Source: Mobula hypostoma (lineage: Eukaryota). From it: DNA of 64,000 bases. A program made the position numbers and the translations under genes. This document shows, in pieces, positions 12,360 through 25,447 of this stretch. The first letter of the stretch is position 1; every line of letters begins with the position of its first letter. The stretch covers positions 14,820,001 through 14,884,000 of the forward strand of contig NC_086109.1 of the NCBI RefSeq assembly GCF_963921235.1. The letters run 5' to 3'. Below the pieces are notes generated by a model that saw only the letters and a list, made by a program, of their open reading frames with translations, searched no databases and was not told the origin of the DNA.

Positions 12360-13067
12360 CTGCAAAATAAACAGACACACACTTTTCAACAGTGATGCAC
12401 AAGTACCAAAAAAAATCTAAAAATTTTCTGGAATTGACTGGCATTTTATTGCTCGTTTTAACTGAACATGCGCTGTGGAACTTTGAGTAAGTTTCATTTC
12501 AGAACACCAACTGCAGGAAATTGCAGAGCATTGTGGACACAGCCCAGCCCATTACCAAAACCAGCCATGGTCTCTGTCGATAATTCTCACTGCCTCAGTA
12601 GAGCAGTCAGCATAATCAAATACTCCACCAATCCTGAACATTTTTTCTTGTCCCCTCTTCCATTGGGCAGAAGATACTGAAGTCTGAAAACTTTTATTAT
12701 CAAGCTCAGGGACAGCTTCCACTGCTGTTAAGAGACTATTGAATAGTCCCCAATCAACCTTATGATCTTGCGACTTGTTGTTTACCAGCACAGCACTTCC
12801 TCTGCAGCTGTTAAACTTTACTCTTCATCCTGTTTATTCTTTACCTTGTTCTACCGCAACGCACTGTGTAATGATTTGAACCGTATAGAACACAAGCTTT
12901 TCACTGTATTTCGGTACATATGACAACAATAGACCAATTCCAATCCTGTTCACATTTCAACTTTGTGCCAGAAATTTAGTCATGCACATGTAAACTAGTG
13001 TACCTCCTTAGACTATCTTCAGGAACACCATGTTCCACATTGTCTTGGAGTATCTGCATGAACTTAC

Positions 13068-13193
13068 CATTTCGTTATATGTTGGGTTACAAGTCTTTCG
13101 AGCCACTTTAGTCTTCCTTTTACTCGTTTTCTGTGGATCTGGCAGCAGGTAGATTTTGACATAAGGATCTGGATCAGTCCCGTCCTGCAAAAC
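13068..13193 (-). CDS. PIK3C2B: PI3K-C2beta exon ([22 protein letters not shown]...PTYNEM)
   Basis: 126 nt, ag/gtaagt flanks, C2 domain. Confidence 0.95.
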
Positions 13194-13444
13194 CTGTAGG
13201 ATGGCAATGAGTTTCAGCACAATTAGTTCAATAATTTTGACTGTGACACAGAAATATTTAATATGACATCTGGATAAATGCACGGATAGGAAAGATTTAG
13301 AAGGATATCAGCCAAGGTAGGCAGCTTGATCAGCAGGGACAATCTGGGATGAAGAGCGAGTTTCTGTGTTGTATTACATACAATTCTGCAGAAGTAAGGA
13401 CTCCATTCTAAAGCAAGTTGGTCAGATCCCTGCAACCTCAACTA

Positions 13445-13712
13445 CCTATTTATTGAGATACAGGCGCAGAATAGGCACTCTGGCCCTTCAAGCCATGCCG
13501 CCCAGCAATCCCTCAATTTAATCCCAAGCCTAAACATGGGACAATTAACCTACCTACCAGCAGTCATTGGACTGTGGGGAGAAACCAGAGCACCGAGAGG
13601 AAACCTACATGGTCACGGGGATAAAGTACAAACTCCTTACAGGCAAGGATGGGAATTGAACTTGGGTCATCTGTACTGTAAAGCATTGTGCAAACCACTA
13701 TGCTACCATGCC
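13445..13712 (-). mobile_element. tRNA-derived V-SINE (HE1-like)
   Basis: ggcatggtagcatagtggtt head, gttcaattcc B-box-like motif, V-domain ggtttcctctcggtgctctggtttctcccc; similar copies at ~5995-6170, 54280-54530, 54540-54790, 57695-57970. Confidence 0.7.
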
Positions 13713-13867
13713 ATCGGAACAGTCCTGTCATAATAATCCTTTACTTTGGAGGTACTGAATTGGATACCATCTACCTGCAAGCCTTTCAGTGAAAACTTAG
13801 CCTTATTACAAATAATACAAACAAAAGTACTATATCAAGAACTAAAGGAAAAGTTTGTTTTCAATTA

Positions 13868-14195
13868 GACCATAAGGCATTCGTAGGAGCAGAATTAGGC
13901 CATTCGACCCATTGAGTCTGTTCTGCCATTCCATCATGGCTGATTTATTATCCCTCTCAACCCTATTTTCCTGCCTTCTCCTCATAACCTTTACTACCCT
14001 TACTAATCCAGAACCTATCAACCTCCACTTTAAATACACCCAATGACTTGGCCTCCATAGCTACCTATGGAAATGAATTCCACAGATTCACCATTCTCTG
14101 ACTGAAGAAATTCCTCCTCCTCATTTTGAGGCTCTGCCCTCTGGTCCTAGACTCCCCAACTATAGGAAACATCCTCTCCATGTCCACTCTATGAT
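13868..14195 (-). mobile_element. CR1-type LINE 3' fragment
   Basis: tggaaatgaattccacagattcaccattctctg and 3' UTR shared with the other CR1 copies. Confidence 0.7.
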
Positions 14196-14405
14196 AGGCC
14201 TGTTAGGCCATTTAATTTCCAGGCCGATGAGTAAGATTACAAAAACATAGTAATACATTACTTTTTCATTCAGATTATTGCTCTGTCTGTTGTTCAGTTT
14301 GTTCTCTATTTTCTCTCTCTCTCTCTCTCTCTATTTCAAAGTTATTTGCTATTATCTGTAGTCATGTTCATCTGCCAATACTAAGGCGAACTGTAAGTTA
14401 CTTAC

Positions 14406-14512
14406 TAGGCCTCGAATGTGCATCACCATGATAAAAAGCTTATCGTTCTTGTACGAGATAGACAGCTTCACTTCCCCTCCGACCTTGCCCATTGGTGGTG
14501 TTGGTGGTCCAT
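14406..14512 (-). CDS. PIK3C2B: PI3K-C2beta exon ([36 protein letters not shown])
   Basis: 107 nt, phase 1->0, ag/gtaagt. Confidence 0.95.
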
Positions 14513-14684
14513 CTTGGATGTGATATAAAGTAAACATAGATCAAATTTTAATACTGCACCCAAACAATTACAATCCTAGAACATTAACCATTTAGTATAT
14601 AAAGCTATGAGCTTGTTCTCTTCTTGAGCCTTGCTACCCCAAAATGGAGCCTTGAGCCCTGCTAGGATCAGTTTCATTGTAGTG

Positions 14685-14708
14685 ACACACACACACACAC
14701 ACACACAC
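14685..14708. repeat. (CA)n microsatellite
   Basis: ~12 CA units. Confidence 0.9.
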
Positions 14709-16225
14709 AAGACTGCAGATGCTAGAATCTGGAGCAACAAAGAGCTTGCTGGAAGAACTCAGCAGGTCGAGTAGCATCTGTGGTGGGTGGGGAGACTGGT
14801 GTAAATGAATTGTCAATGTGCATATGGAGATTGAACATCACCGGTTCCAACAAGAGAAACAAGTTTTCACAATTCTTGTGATCACCAGTACTGATTTTTA
14901 TTGAGGGTGTGTGTGTGTAATAGACAGTTTATATGGTAACATCTGATTACCATATGTACTAGCATCTTTTCCCCAGGACTACAGTAGCATGTATTTAAGG
15001 TGAGGGGGCAAAGTACAAAGGAGAAGTAAAAGACAACTTGTTTCTACAGGTGGCTGACTGGAATGCGCTATATGGGGTGGCAGTAAAGGCAGACACCATA
15101 GGAACATTTTCTTAGATAGGCATATGAACATGCAGAGATGGAGGGACAGGGTTAATAGAACATAGAAGAACATAAAACATTACAGCACAGTACAGGCTTT
15201 TTGGCCCACAATATACTTTACTTTATACTTTATTGTCACCAAACAATTGATACTAGAACGTACAATCATCACAGCGATATTTGATTCTGAGCTTCCCGCT
15301 CCCTGGATTATAAATATTAAATATTAAAATAGAAAAAATTAGTAAATATTAAAAATTTAAATTATAAATTATAAATAGAAAATAGAAAAATGGAAGTAAG
15401 GTAGTGCAAAAAGAAAAAACGAGAGGCAGGTCCGGATATTTGGAGGGTACGGCCCAGATCCAGATCAGGATCGGTTCAGCAGTCTTATCACAGTTGGAAA
15501 GAAGCTGTTCCCAAATCTGGCCGTACGAGTCTTCAAGCTCCTGAACCTTCTCCCGGAGGGAAGAGGGACGAAAAGTGAGTTGGCTGGGTGGGTCGTGTCC
15601 GTGATTATCCTGCAGCACTGCTCGACCTTTGCGTCGACCTTTTAACTTACTCTAAGATCAATTAAGCCTTCCTGCTGATATAGCTCTCCATTTTTCTATC
15701 AACCACGTGCCTATCTGTAGAACTTATTGATATTCTAATAGTATACAGGAATAGAGGGATTAAATTAATTAGAAATCATTGGCTTTATTAGTTCAGTACA
15801 ACATTGTGGGCCAAAGGGGCTGTCCTGAGCTATACTGTTCTATGTTTCTTGGACTTGGATTTAAGCTCCACAGTTGCAAAAGTTTAAACTCTGGGTCATT
15901 GTCTAGGCCTCTGGACATCAGCCCAGTAACTTAACTCCCATAATTAGAATATCCAGTAATTCATTACTAATAGGTAGAAGATAGCAATCTTTGTTCATGT
16001 ACTGAAACAGAAACATTTCAATAGCAGGAAATGTTTAAAAATAGAAGGCATCACTGAGCAACATGCTTCTATAATGTGCTGTTATAAGAAAGTTTCATAA
16101 ATAGTTGCTATTTCATTGTTTCAATTAAACAGCACAGAGACATTGAGAAATGATCAAGGCAGAAGACAGCTTACACCTTCAGGCAAGCAAAAAGGTAAGG
16201 CTGAATTGATTAGATTTCAGAATGA

Positions 16226-16610
16226 AACATAGAAACATAGAAAATAGGTGCAGGAGTAGGCCATTCGGCCTTTCGAGCCTGCACTGCCATTCAGTATGGT
16301 CATGGCTGATCATCCAACTCAGAACCCTGTACCTGCCTTCTCTCCATACCCCCTGATCCCTTTAGCCACAAGGGCCTTATCTAACTCCCTCTTAAATATA
16401 GCCAATGAACTGGCCTCAACTGTTTCCTGTGGCAGAGAATTCCACAGATTCACCACTCTCTGTGTGAAGAAGTTTTTCCTCATCTTCGTCCTAAAAGGCT
16501 TCCCCTTTATCCTTAAACTATGACCCCTCGTTCTGGACTTCCCCAACATCGGGAACAATCTTCCTGCATCTAGCCTGTCCAATCCCTTTAGAATTTTATA
16601 TGTTTCATTA
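16226..16610 (-). mobile_element. CR1 LINE 3' end, well preserved
   Basis: RGHSLRIKGKPFRTKMRKNFFTQRVVNLWNSLPQ; (atagaaac)n terminal repeat. Confidence 0.85.
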
Positions 16611-16794
16611 CATCAGTAATAGTACATTACATCATAAAAAGTTAGTGAAGCACTATATAGGAAGAATAATTCACAGCAGCATACGCTAACTGTGAATGGG
16701 CACACTCTAGATACAGAATTCCACTGAAGGAGGCTTGAGACTGACCCACTGGAGGGGTGAATAAAAGGTGGAAGTTTAATAAAAACATTATTAC

Positions 16795-17295
16795 AGATGT
16801 TGGTGAGGCCACATTTGGAAGATTATGTTCAGTTTTGGTCACCTTGCTTTAGGAATGACACTATTAAGCTGGAAAGAGTGCAGGGGAGATTTACAAGGAT
16901 GTTGCCACGATTTGAGCGATTGAGTAAAAGAGAAAGGTTGAGCAAGTTGCTACTTTATTCATTGGACTATAGGAGAATGAGGGATGGATGTTACAGAATT
17001 ACGAGGGGTACATGCACACAATCTATTTCCCAGTGTTGAGGAATCAATAGCTAGAGAGCATAGGCTTAAGGTTTAATAGGAATCTGAGGGCCAACTGTTT
17101 CACCTGGAGAATGGTAAGTATATGGAAATGACTGTCAGAGAAACTAGTTGAGGCGGGTACATTAACAATATTTAAAAGTTACATCGATAAGAAAGGTTTA
17201 AAGGGATGTGGGCCAAATGGGGGCAAATGAAACTAACTTAGATGGGAAACTTGGTTGGCATGGACTAGTTTCAGCTGAACAGTCTGTTTCCATGA
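16795..17295 (+). mobile_element. CR1 LINE 3' fragment
   Basis: LVRPHLEDYVQFWSP...LERVQGRFTRMLP. Confidence 0.8.
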
Positions 17296-17704
17296 TAAAT
17301 CTCCTCATCTTGTGTATTTTATTGTTATTCAGACTCCTTGGATTTTTTTTATTATCCCAATTAACACAGTGTGAATATTCCAAAGAAACATTAACATGTC
17401 CTCCAAGCCTCAAAGATGGCTGAAAGTAACACAGGTGACAATCCTCCCTCTCCAGCAGGGAGCTGCCTCTGTGTCTCCGACTTGCATTCTCTCAGGTTAG
17501 AAACTCTACACGTAGGTGTAATGATTACAAACTCCTTCCTGTGTTCTATACAGGACACAGTTTTGAAGAATCAGCTACATCTTTATGTATGCAATCCATT
17601 ATAGTTTCACTTGATTATGTTACTGGAAGCAAGATTTTAAAAACTTAAGACTCAGATCACAAGCTGTCTAAATACATTTCTGAGACCCAGAAGCTGTAAC
17701 ACAC

Positions 17705-17786
17705 CTGTTGGCTTTGGCAGCATGTTCCCAGTCAGGGACTTGTCGTCCTTCGGGAGTGGGTGGAAGAAGGTGTACACCAGATCACA
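17705..17786 (-). CDS. PIK3C2B: PI3K-C2beta exon (CDLVYTFFHPLPKDDKSLTGNMLPKPT), PX end
   Basis: 82 nt, ttag acceptor, gtgtgt donor, phase 0->1 fits the next exon. Confidence 0.92.
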
Positions 17787-17936
17787 CTAAGAAGAATAAA
17801 AAAAAGTGACATTAATATACTGTATGACCAAAAGGTTCCAGCTCTGATGGTGGGTCATCAACCTGAAAAAATAAATATGTTTCTTTCTCCACAGATGCTG
17901 CTTGCCCTTTAGAATAACCACAGAGTTTCTATTTTT

Positions 17937-20900
17937 TTGATCAAAGTATTTTTATTAACAAAGAAAAATAGCAGAACATATGTTATAATACAACCAACCA
18001 TTTTATACCAGTTACAAAAAGAACCCCCCCACCCCTCAATAAACAAGAAAAAATAAAACCAGCCAGACCAGTCAAAAATAAATACAAAGGCCTAGTGTAC
18101 ATATAAAGATAGAGCACCTTACACATTCAAATAATTTTTTCAGCATCCATATTTTTGACAAAGCTTAAAAAAGGTTGTCAAGTGGTGTTAAATCTTTCAG
18201 ACTGCCCCCTGACCGAAGAGCGGATCTTTTATAATTTTATAAAGTACATGATATCTTTGATTCAATGTTCATATGTTGGAGGGGAAGAGTCTTTCCATTT
18301 GCACAAGATGAGCCTTCTGGCAAGAAGTGAACAAAAAGCGATGAGATCGATTTGGAATTTGCTGAGGTTAACAAATAGCACATCAAATAGTGCTATTGAC
18401 CAAGATGGTGTAATTAATTGTCCAAAAATTTTTGAAAAAGTTTCAAAAATCAAACCTCAGAAATTTATTAATTTTGGACATGACCAAAATACATGGCAGA
18501 GTGTAGCTGGGAATTGTTTACATCTGTCACACATTGGATCAGGATCTTTATTAACCTTAGCCAATCTAACTTTAGACCAATGACAACGATGCACAATTTT
18601 AAACTGAACAACAACATGTCTAAGATACACAGAGGATGAATAAATTCTATGAATTGTTTTTTTGCCATATGTCATTTGGAATTTGTTCCTCAATATCCTC
18701 TTCCTATTTATGTTTTACTAAATCCAAATCCTCAGGATTAACTACATTAAGTAGCTCATAGATTTTGCTTACAGATTGTTTCACATCAATTTTGCACTTA
18801 AGGACTGAACCTCAGAGCGATGAAGGGGGGCGGTAGGGAAAGCACTCAAGATGAGAGGCCATAAAGCTGCTGAGTTGTATATATCTATAGAAGTGTGTCC
18901 TAGGGATCCCAAGTTTCTTAACTAGCTGTTCAAAAGAGGCAAAATTGCTGTCAATGTAGAGATTATACAATGAAGTGATACCGTGTTTAGACCAAATATC
19001 AAACGCTACATCCATTATTGATGCGTTGGACATGTAATTTTTTTGCTACTGGTGCAGCGAGTGAGAGGTTATTAAGTGCAAAATGACATCTAAATCGGAA
19101 CCAAATTTTAATGGAGTACATGGCAACTGGATTCAGTGTGAAACTAGATATAGGTTGTGACAGTGGTAGTTCAGTATATATTACCGACGAAGAGGTAAAT
19201 TGTAAGGATGACTTCTCCATAATCACCCAGCTAGAGCAGCAATATCATCTCTTGTCCAATATAAAATTGCTCTTATATTAGCTGATCAGTAGTAATATAT
19301 AAAACTTGCAAGTGCTAAACCCCCCATCTTATGAGGCCTCTGTAGTATTTTTTCCTTTACTCTGGGCTGTTTTTTTATTCCAAATAAAACTTGATATTTG
19401 ACTATTTAGGTTATCGAAGAAAGTCTGTTAGTAAAATTGGGAGACTTTGGAACATATATAAGAATTTGGGCAGGACAGTCATTTTAATTATATTAATCCT
19501 CCTGCTAAGGGAAAGAGATAAAGAATTCCAACATTCAAATTCCTGTTTAAGATTGGAAAGGAGATGTTGATAATTGGCTTTATAAAGGTCCTTATAATTA
19601 TGTGTTACCAGACCCCCAAGTATTTAAATTTCCTACAGCTGATTCTAAAGGGGGTCACGGAAAAAGAAATTTCTAAACATGTGGTCCCAATTGGCATTAG
19701 TTCACTCTTTTGAAACTTAACTTTATAACCAGATATTTGACCGAATTTAGTGAGCAATATTGATAGATTTGGGAGACTTCGAGTTGGATCTGAGATATAC
19801 AACAGCATATCATCCGCGTACAGTGACACTTTTATGTTCCAAAGCTCCCCTCTGGATACCCTTGATACTAGCTGATGTTCTCAGAGCTATAGCAAGTGGA
19901 TCAATTGCCACAGCAGAAAGAAGTGGAGATAAAGGGCATCCCTGTCTTGTTCCACGCTGCAGTTCAAAAAAGGATGGTATACAGTTATTAGTACACACTG
20001 CTGCCAGTGGGGACGAGTAAAGTACTTCATTCCAGGAGATGAATGTAGAAACAAAACCAAATTTTTGGAGAGAGTAATCTCTGGGGTACTAGTTGCAGAG
20101 GAGTCATATAGTACATTTAGAAGATGTCCTATATTAAAAAAAGAGTACCAATTTTTTACAAAACCTGTTTGATCGGGTGAGATAATTAATGGTAAAATCT
20201 TCTCCATTCGGTGTGCCAGAACTTTTGCAAAGGTTTTGGTATCCGTATTTAAAAGGGAGATTGGTCGGTATGAACTACATTCAAGGGGGTCTTTGCCCTT
20301 TCTCGAAATTAATGAAATAACTGCTTGATGCATTGTGGGAGGTAGGGAGTGGGATAAAAAAAGATTCAAAAACAGATAATAGTAATGGGGAAAGTTGAGT
20401 GGAAAAATTTTTTAAAAATTCAGAAGGATATCCATCTGGGCCTGGGGTTTTCCACTCTGCATACTCCTAGTTGCTGAGTCTATCTCCAGAGTCGTGATTG
20501 CTTTCTCCAGATCAGCAGCTACATACGGATCTATATATGGGATGTTTAGCTTTTTAAAGAAATCATCTAGATTTGATGGGGTGGTGGATGAACCTGAGAA
20601 GTACAGTGATTGGTAAAAGCTATGGAAGCATGAGTTAATTTCTACATTACCTGTTTGTTTTATGGCCTGTGCATCCCGTATCTCAGGTATACCATGACTG
20701 GCCATTTTTTGAGGCAGTTGATGGGCTAGCAGCCTCCCTGTTTTCTCTCCATGTCCATAAAATTCACATTGTAACTTGGAGATAAGATATTCAGCCTCTT
20801 GAGTTGTTAATGGATTGTATTTGGTCTGAAGTAATAAACTTAGCAAAGCCGATGAGGGCGCTTGGCTAAGGAAGAGGTCTAATTCCAGTATCTGATCTGT

Positions 20901-23791
20901 CAACTGTTTAATACGTTCAGTCTTTATTTTTCTCCCATGCGTGCAGAGTGAGATTATTTGGCCTCTTAAATATGCCTTTAGCGCCTCCCACACAATTAAT
21001 GGAGACATCCCTGGCGTTTGATTAATTCTCAGAAAAAATTCTATTTCAGAATAAATATACTTCACAAAACATTCATCTGAAAGGAGAGTAGGATTTAGCC
21101 TCCAAGGACGGTAACTTGGTTGTGTAGTAGGCATATGTAATATTAAAGTCAGCGGAATATGATGGGATATAACTACGGCTTCATAATCACACTCTGTTAC
21201 AGAAGAGAGAAGGCTGGTGTCCATAAAAAAATAATCTATACTCGAATAGGAACCATGTACTGGGGAGAAAAAAGAGTAATTCCAAGAGGTAGGGTTACGA
21301 AACTGCCATACATCAGCCACTCCGTATGTATATCTGATAGACTGCGCTGACCGAGACATAGGGACATTCCTCGCCACACTGCGGTCCAAAATTGGAGAGA
21401 GGACACAATTAAAATCGCCTCCGAGGATGAGCTTATGTGTGACCATGTTTGGCAACTTGGAGAAGAAATCACTAAAAAACACATGGTCATCCCAATTCGG
21501 TGCATAAACATTGGCAAGAGTAATGGGCAGCCCATATAGCTGCCCAGTTACAATTAAAAACCATCCAGCTGGATCAGATTCAACACTCGTTGCCACGAAC
21601 TGCGTATTTTTACTAATTATTATAGCTGCTCCTCTGGCCTTTGAATTAAAATTTAGAGTGAAATACGTGACGAACCCATCCCCCTCTTAGTCGACAATGA
21701 TCAGAGATATGCAAGTGGGTCTCTTGTAGGAATGCTATATAAGTCTTAAGGTGTTTCAAATGAGTAAATACCTTTTTACGTTTTACAGGGTGTAAGAGAT
21801 CTAACACTCCAACTCACTAATTTAACAGAGCACAAACATGAGGAAATCTGCAGCTGCTGGAAATTCAAGCAACACACATAAAAAATGCTGGTGAAGGCAG
21901 CAGGCCAGGCAGCATCTATAGGAAGAGGTACAGTCGACGTGTTGGCCTGCTGAAGAGTCTCGGCTGGGAATGTCGAATTTACCACAGCAACCATTTGTCT
22001 GAGATGAAATATTATGATTAACCTTGTGGAACTTAAGGAGGTAGATTATCACATAGATATCTCCCAATATACATAGATAGAAACAACGATAGGCCTACGT
22101 ATGAAACAAAAAGAAATAGTCTGGCAATTTCCCTACCCTCATCACCTATACAAACACGGTGAACCCAAAATCCTTTATTACCATATCCATACATTAAGTG
22201 TTTACTTGGGTGCCTTCTGAGCTAAATCAGGTTGAGCTCCTGCCCAATCCACCCTAAGTTAAGAAATAAGAAGAAAGAACAAGAGTAGCACTAGAAATTC
22301 CTCCAGCTTATAAATATCAACATTGTTTGGGATTTTAACACACACACACACTATATATATATACACACATGCTCACAGCTGGTATTATGAATTTGCTAAT
22401 TAACGAGGGATGACTCCAATTTGGTTTAAGCATATTGAAGGGTTCAAAATAAAACCTAATCTTGAAAAGATTCCCCTCCCCCAAAAAAAGCTTTAACATC
22501 TCAACAACAGCGACCACAGAGAAAACATATTTCCACGACAAAAGACTAGGATAATCATAATACTTTTTTCTGGGTACTGCAGGGAACTATTGATTCTGCA
22601 ACTGTTTATGAATAGCCCAACGGAGTCACACATTTGAAAAATGCATTACTGGTCCGTGATCATGTTCTGTGTTTCGCAGCCGTGACGATATGCTCTGTTA
22701 CGTAGGCCATGGCTTCCTCCAGATTCAGAAATTCTGTCTCCGTCTCGTTGTGTGTAATGTGGAGTCGAGCAGGGAACAGTATACCATATCGGATATCCGG
22801 CTGGTCACGCAGTAGTTTCTTGACATCCGTGAATGCAGCTCCAGCTTTGGCGACTCTTGTGGTGTAGTCTGGAAAAACAGCGATGGGTTTCCCATTGTAG
22901 TTAAGCGGAGCCTGGTTTTGAGCTCGATGTAAAACCTTGACACAGTTCTGATAATAATGCAGTTTAACTACAATTGCACCCGGTTTACTGCTGGGTTTTT
23001 TGATGTGAGACTTCGATGCGAGTGGTCAATAAGAATGTCTTTGTCCAGTTTAAGCACCTCTGACAGTAACTTAGAAATGGATTACGTGGAACTTGACCCA
23101 GGCCCCTCAGCAACCCCCAAAATATGGATATTGCACTCCCACATCTTCACATTTATCACTTAAGTCCTTCAGCTCCGACTTCAAGGCATTTACAATGGTT
23201 TGAAGTGATACCATTTCATCTGACCACGATGATATGCTGTCTTCCACGTCTTTAACATTAGCCTTTACCTGGTCAATCTCAACTTGGGTCTGTGACGCAT
23301 TGTTTGCTAGCTCGGTACTTACTACTTGCAACTCGTATTTTAGGTAGTTGAAATCTTCGGTGAGGGAATTCTTCAGCTCGTTTTTCATGTAGTTGAAATC
23401 TTCGGCGAGGACGTTTTTCAGCTCCGTTCTTATCACCGCAGAGATGTCCGTTTTTAGCTCTAAGAGGAGATGAATCTTTAGGTCTTCCGTGTCCATTTCA
23501 CCTGAGTTCATGCAGGGCAGAGTACTTGCGTGGTCATGGTCAGCACTTAAACTCTGCGCCGGGGAGTCGGTTGTCTTGGTGTTAGTGGGCCCAGTGTATT
23601 TATATTTTCGAAGTTTATATGCCATTACCGCATGTCAGAGAACAAAGTAACTCTCGCTATATGTACTTAGATGACTTATTTACTTATTTTGATAAGGTTT
23701 GAAAGAAAGTGTTATATTAAATATAAAATAAAGGTGAGGCAGGAGCCCAGCCAAACACGCCTTACTCCACTGCTTGCTCACCTGGTCCCCC
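17937..23791 (-). mobile_element. Full-length degenerate L1-clade LINE (ORF1 ~23625-22720; ORF2 EN-RT-Zn ~21994-18130)
   Basis: 16-bp TSD cagagtttctattttt at 17921-17936 and 23792-23807; G-rich 5' end; coiled-coil ORF1; EN motifs (NVYAPN, GGDFN, SIDY); RT motifs (RGTRQGCPLSP, LYADD, FKYLG); AATAAA plus short A tail; many frameshifts. Confidence 0.93.
21830..21975. mobile_element. Penelope-derived fragment inserted at the start of L1 ORF2
   Basis: Same repeat as 25152-25297; interrupts MVAVVNS|SVKLVSW. Confidence 0.7.
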
Positions 23792-25151
23792 CAGAGTTTC
23801 TATTTTTATTTCTGCATATGAAATGCTTTGCTTTTCAAGTGAATCTCTTCAGACCTGCAAAAAATAAGCATTGCAAGTGGCTGTTGGAAAGATAAGAGGA
23901 GGAAGTTCTCCTCACCAACTCATATTCCCACCAGCGCCATTCTTAAAATACTTCCATTTTTAAAATGTTGCTCTTTAAATAACTGCTATTCATTTTCAGT
24001 TGTGCCTTTACTTGAGATAAGATGAGCCCTTAAAGGGTGGTGAGTTTCACATCAGTCGCAGGAAAGTTAATAAAAAAGGATTCTGTGAGACAAGATTTAT
24101 TTGCATTTGGAAATGGACAGTCAGTAGTGCTTTGATTGTGAGAAATTATATACCTACTAATTTGACTGAGTTTTTTTTTTGAAGAGGAACCAAGAGAATG
24201 TTGTCTTAATAGGTCTTAGACAAGGTCCCACATGGTACATTGGTATGGAAGGTTAGGACACAAGGGATCGAAGGTAAGCTGGACAAGTGGATATTGTGAC
24301 GAGAATACACATAGATTAAGATGTTAGCTGTCCTGTGCTGGCACCAGTGGGATCAGCAGTTGGTCTGCCACCTGTCTTCAGGAGAAAGAGAGATAAGGAA
24401 GACAATGGAGCAGCATTTGGAGATGTTAATGAAGGGACGGGAAAGAGTAACGGAAGGAGAGCTGTCAAGATCGGCTCCCCCTTTGAACCCTGAACTGTTT
24501 GAAGTGATGGACAGGCGATACCCCAGCAGGGGGATAAAAAGGGACAGGTTCGCTAAGGCAAGACACACACGACACCCCGAGGTAACGAGACCCTGGAAGC
24601 GGTGCGTTTCCCACAAGTCGGTGGGAAGTTTTGGAAGGCTGGTCGCGGGACCAAGCCATAGATGCACAGGGTGGAAAGGCATGATCAGTGGGAACCTGGT
24701 GTGTGTCCGCCCTTGCCTGGGTGCCAGGTTCACCGCAGAGAAACGATCGTATCTGGAAACGGAGGGGTCACGGTCGGTGACCTCAGAAGACATCACAAAG
24801 GGCTCACCCGAAAGCTGACTGCGAAGAATATCGAAGGTCTGTGTGGAAGCCGTTTGAATATTCATTCGTTTTGCTCTCTCTCTCCTTCCCCCCACTGTCC
24901 ATCTCCCACGGCAGTGATTACGGTGAACTGAACTGAACTCAATTGAACTGAACTTTGCGTCACTTTGAAACTGGTCATTTACCCCTAGACGACGATAGAG
25001 CTTGATTGATCCTGTTATCCAAATTCTGTGTACATGTGTGTTTATCATTGCTGAGCTGTTGCATTTATTATCATTTTGATTAGAGTACTGTGTTGCTTGT
25101 TTCTTTAATAAAACTTTCTTAGTTCTAGTAATCCAGACTCCAACTGAGTGA

Positions 25152-25297
25152 ACAACAGGAATTCTGCAGATGCTGGAAATTCAAGCAACATACATCAAAG
25201 TTGCTGGTGAACGCAGCAGGCCAAGCAGCATCTATAGGAAGAGGCGCAGTCGACGTTTCAGGCCGAGACCCTTCGTCAGGACTAACTGAAGGAAGAG
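25152..25297 (-). mobile_element. Penelope-like element terminal fragment inserted in the 5' LTR
   Basis: Absent from the 3' LTR; flanked by tgagtga at 25145-25151 and 25298-25304; the same family recurs at 8530-8620, 14705-14820, 21830-21975, 40488-40705, 42380-42552, 56600-56700 and 62145-62235. Confidence 0.75.
25248..25283 (-). ncRNA. Minimal type I hammerhead ribozyme motif (Penelope-type)
   Basis: Minus strand AGUC-CUGACGA-AGG(GUCUCGG)CCU-GAAA-CGUC^GACU: complete catalytic core, stem I AGUC/GACU, stem II AGG/CCU, palindromic ACGU helix III. Confidence 0.75.
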
Positions 25298-25352
25298 TGA
25301 GTGATCCATTTCTGCTGATTTGGCAACCCAGTTATGGGGTACGTAACATAAA

Positions 25353-25371
25353 TGGGGTTCTCGTCCGCGAT
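25353..25371 (+). promoter_or_regulatory. Primer-binding site, tRNA-Pro-like
   Basis: tggggttctcgtccgcgat, 4 nt after the LTR, resembles TGGGGGCTCGTCCGGGAT. Confidence 0.65.
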
Positions 25372-25447
25372 TTTGAACGCTAAATTTGGGACAGAGTAAA
25401 TTGATTGGGTTAAAATTCCCGAAAGAAAGAAAAGACAAACAGCAGAA

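Larger units (their letters stand above)
24295..25348 (+). repeat. 5' LTR (901 bp plus 153-bp insertion)
   Basis: Colinear with 29824-30724, ~25 substitutions by manual count; AATAAA near 25107. Confidence 0.95.

Noticed and set aside
24924..24953. (gaact)n short repeats in both LTRs, CRISPR-like at a glance
   Set aside because: Simple pentamer tandem with no spacers; eukaryotic context.
24321..25048. 165-aa sense and 231-aa antisense ORFs within the LTR, repeated in the 3' LTR
   Set aside because: Recurrence is explained by ~97% LTR identity; no recognisable motif, and the start points differ between copies.
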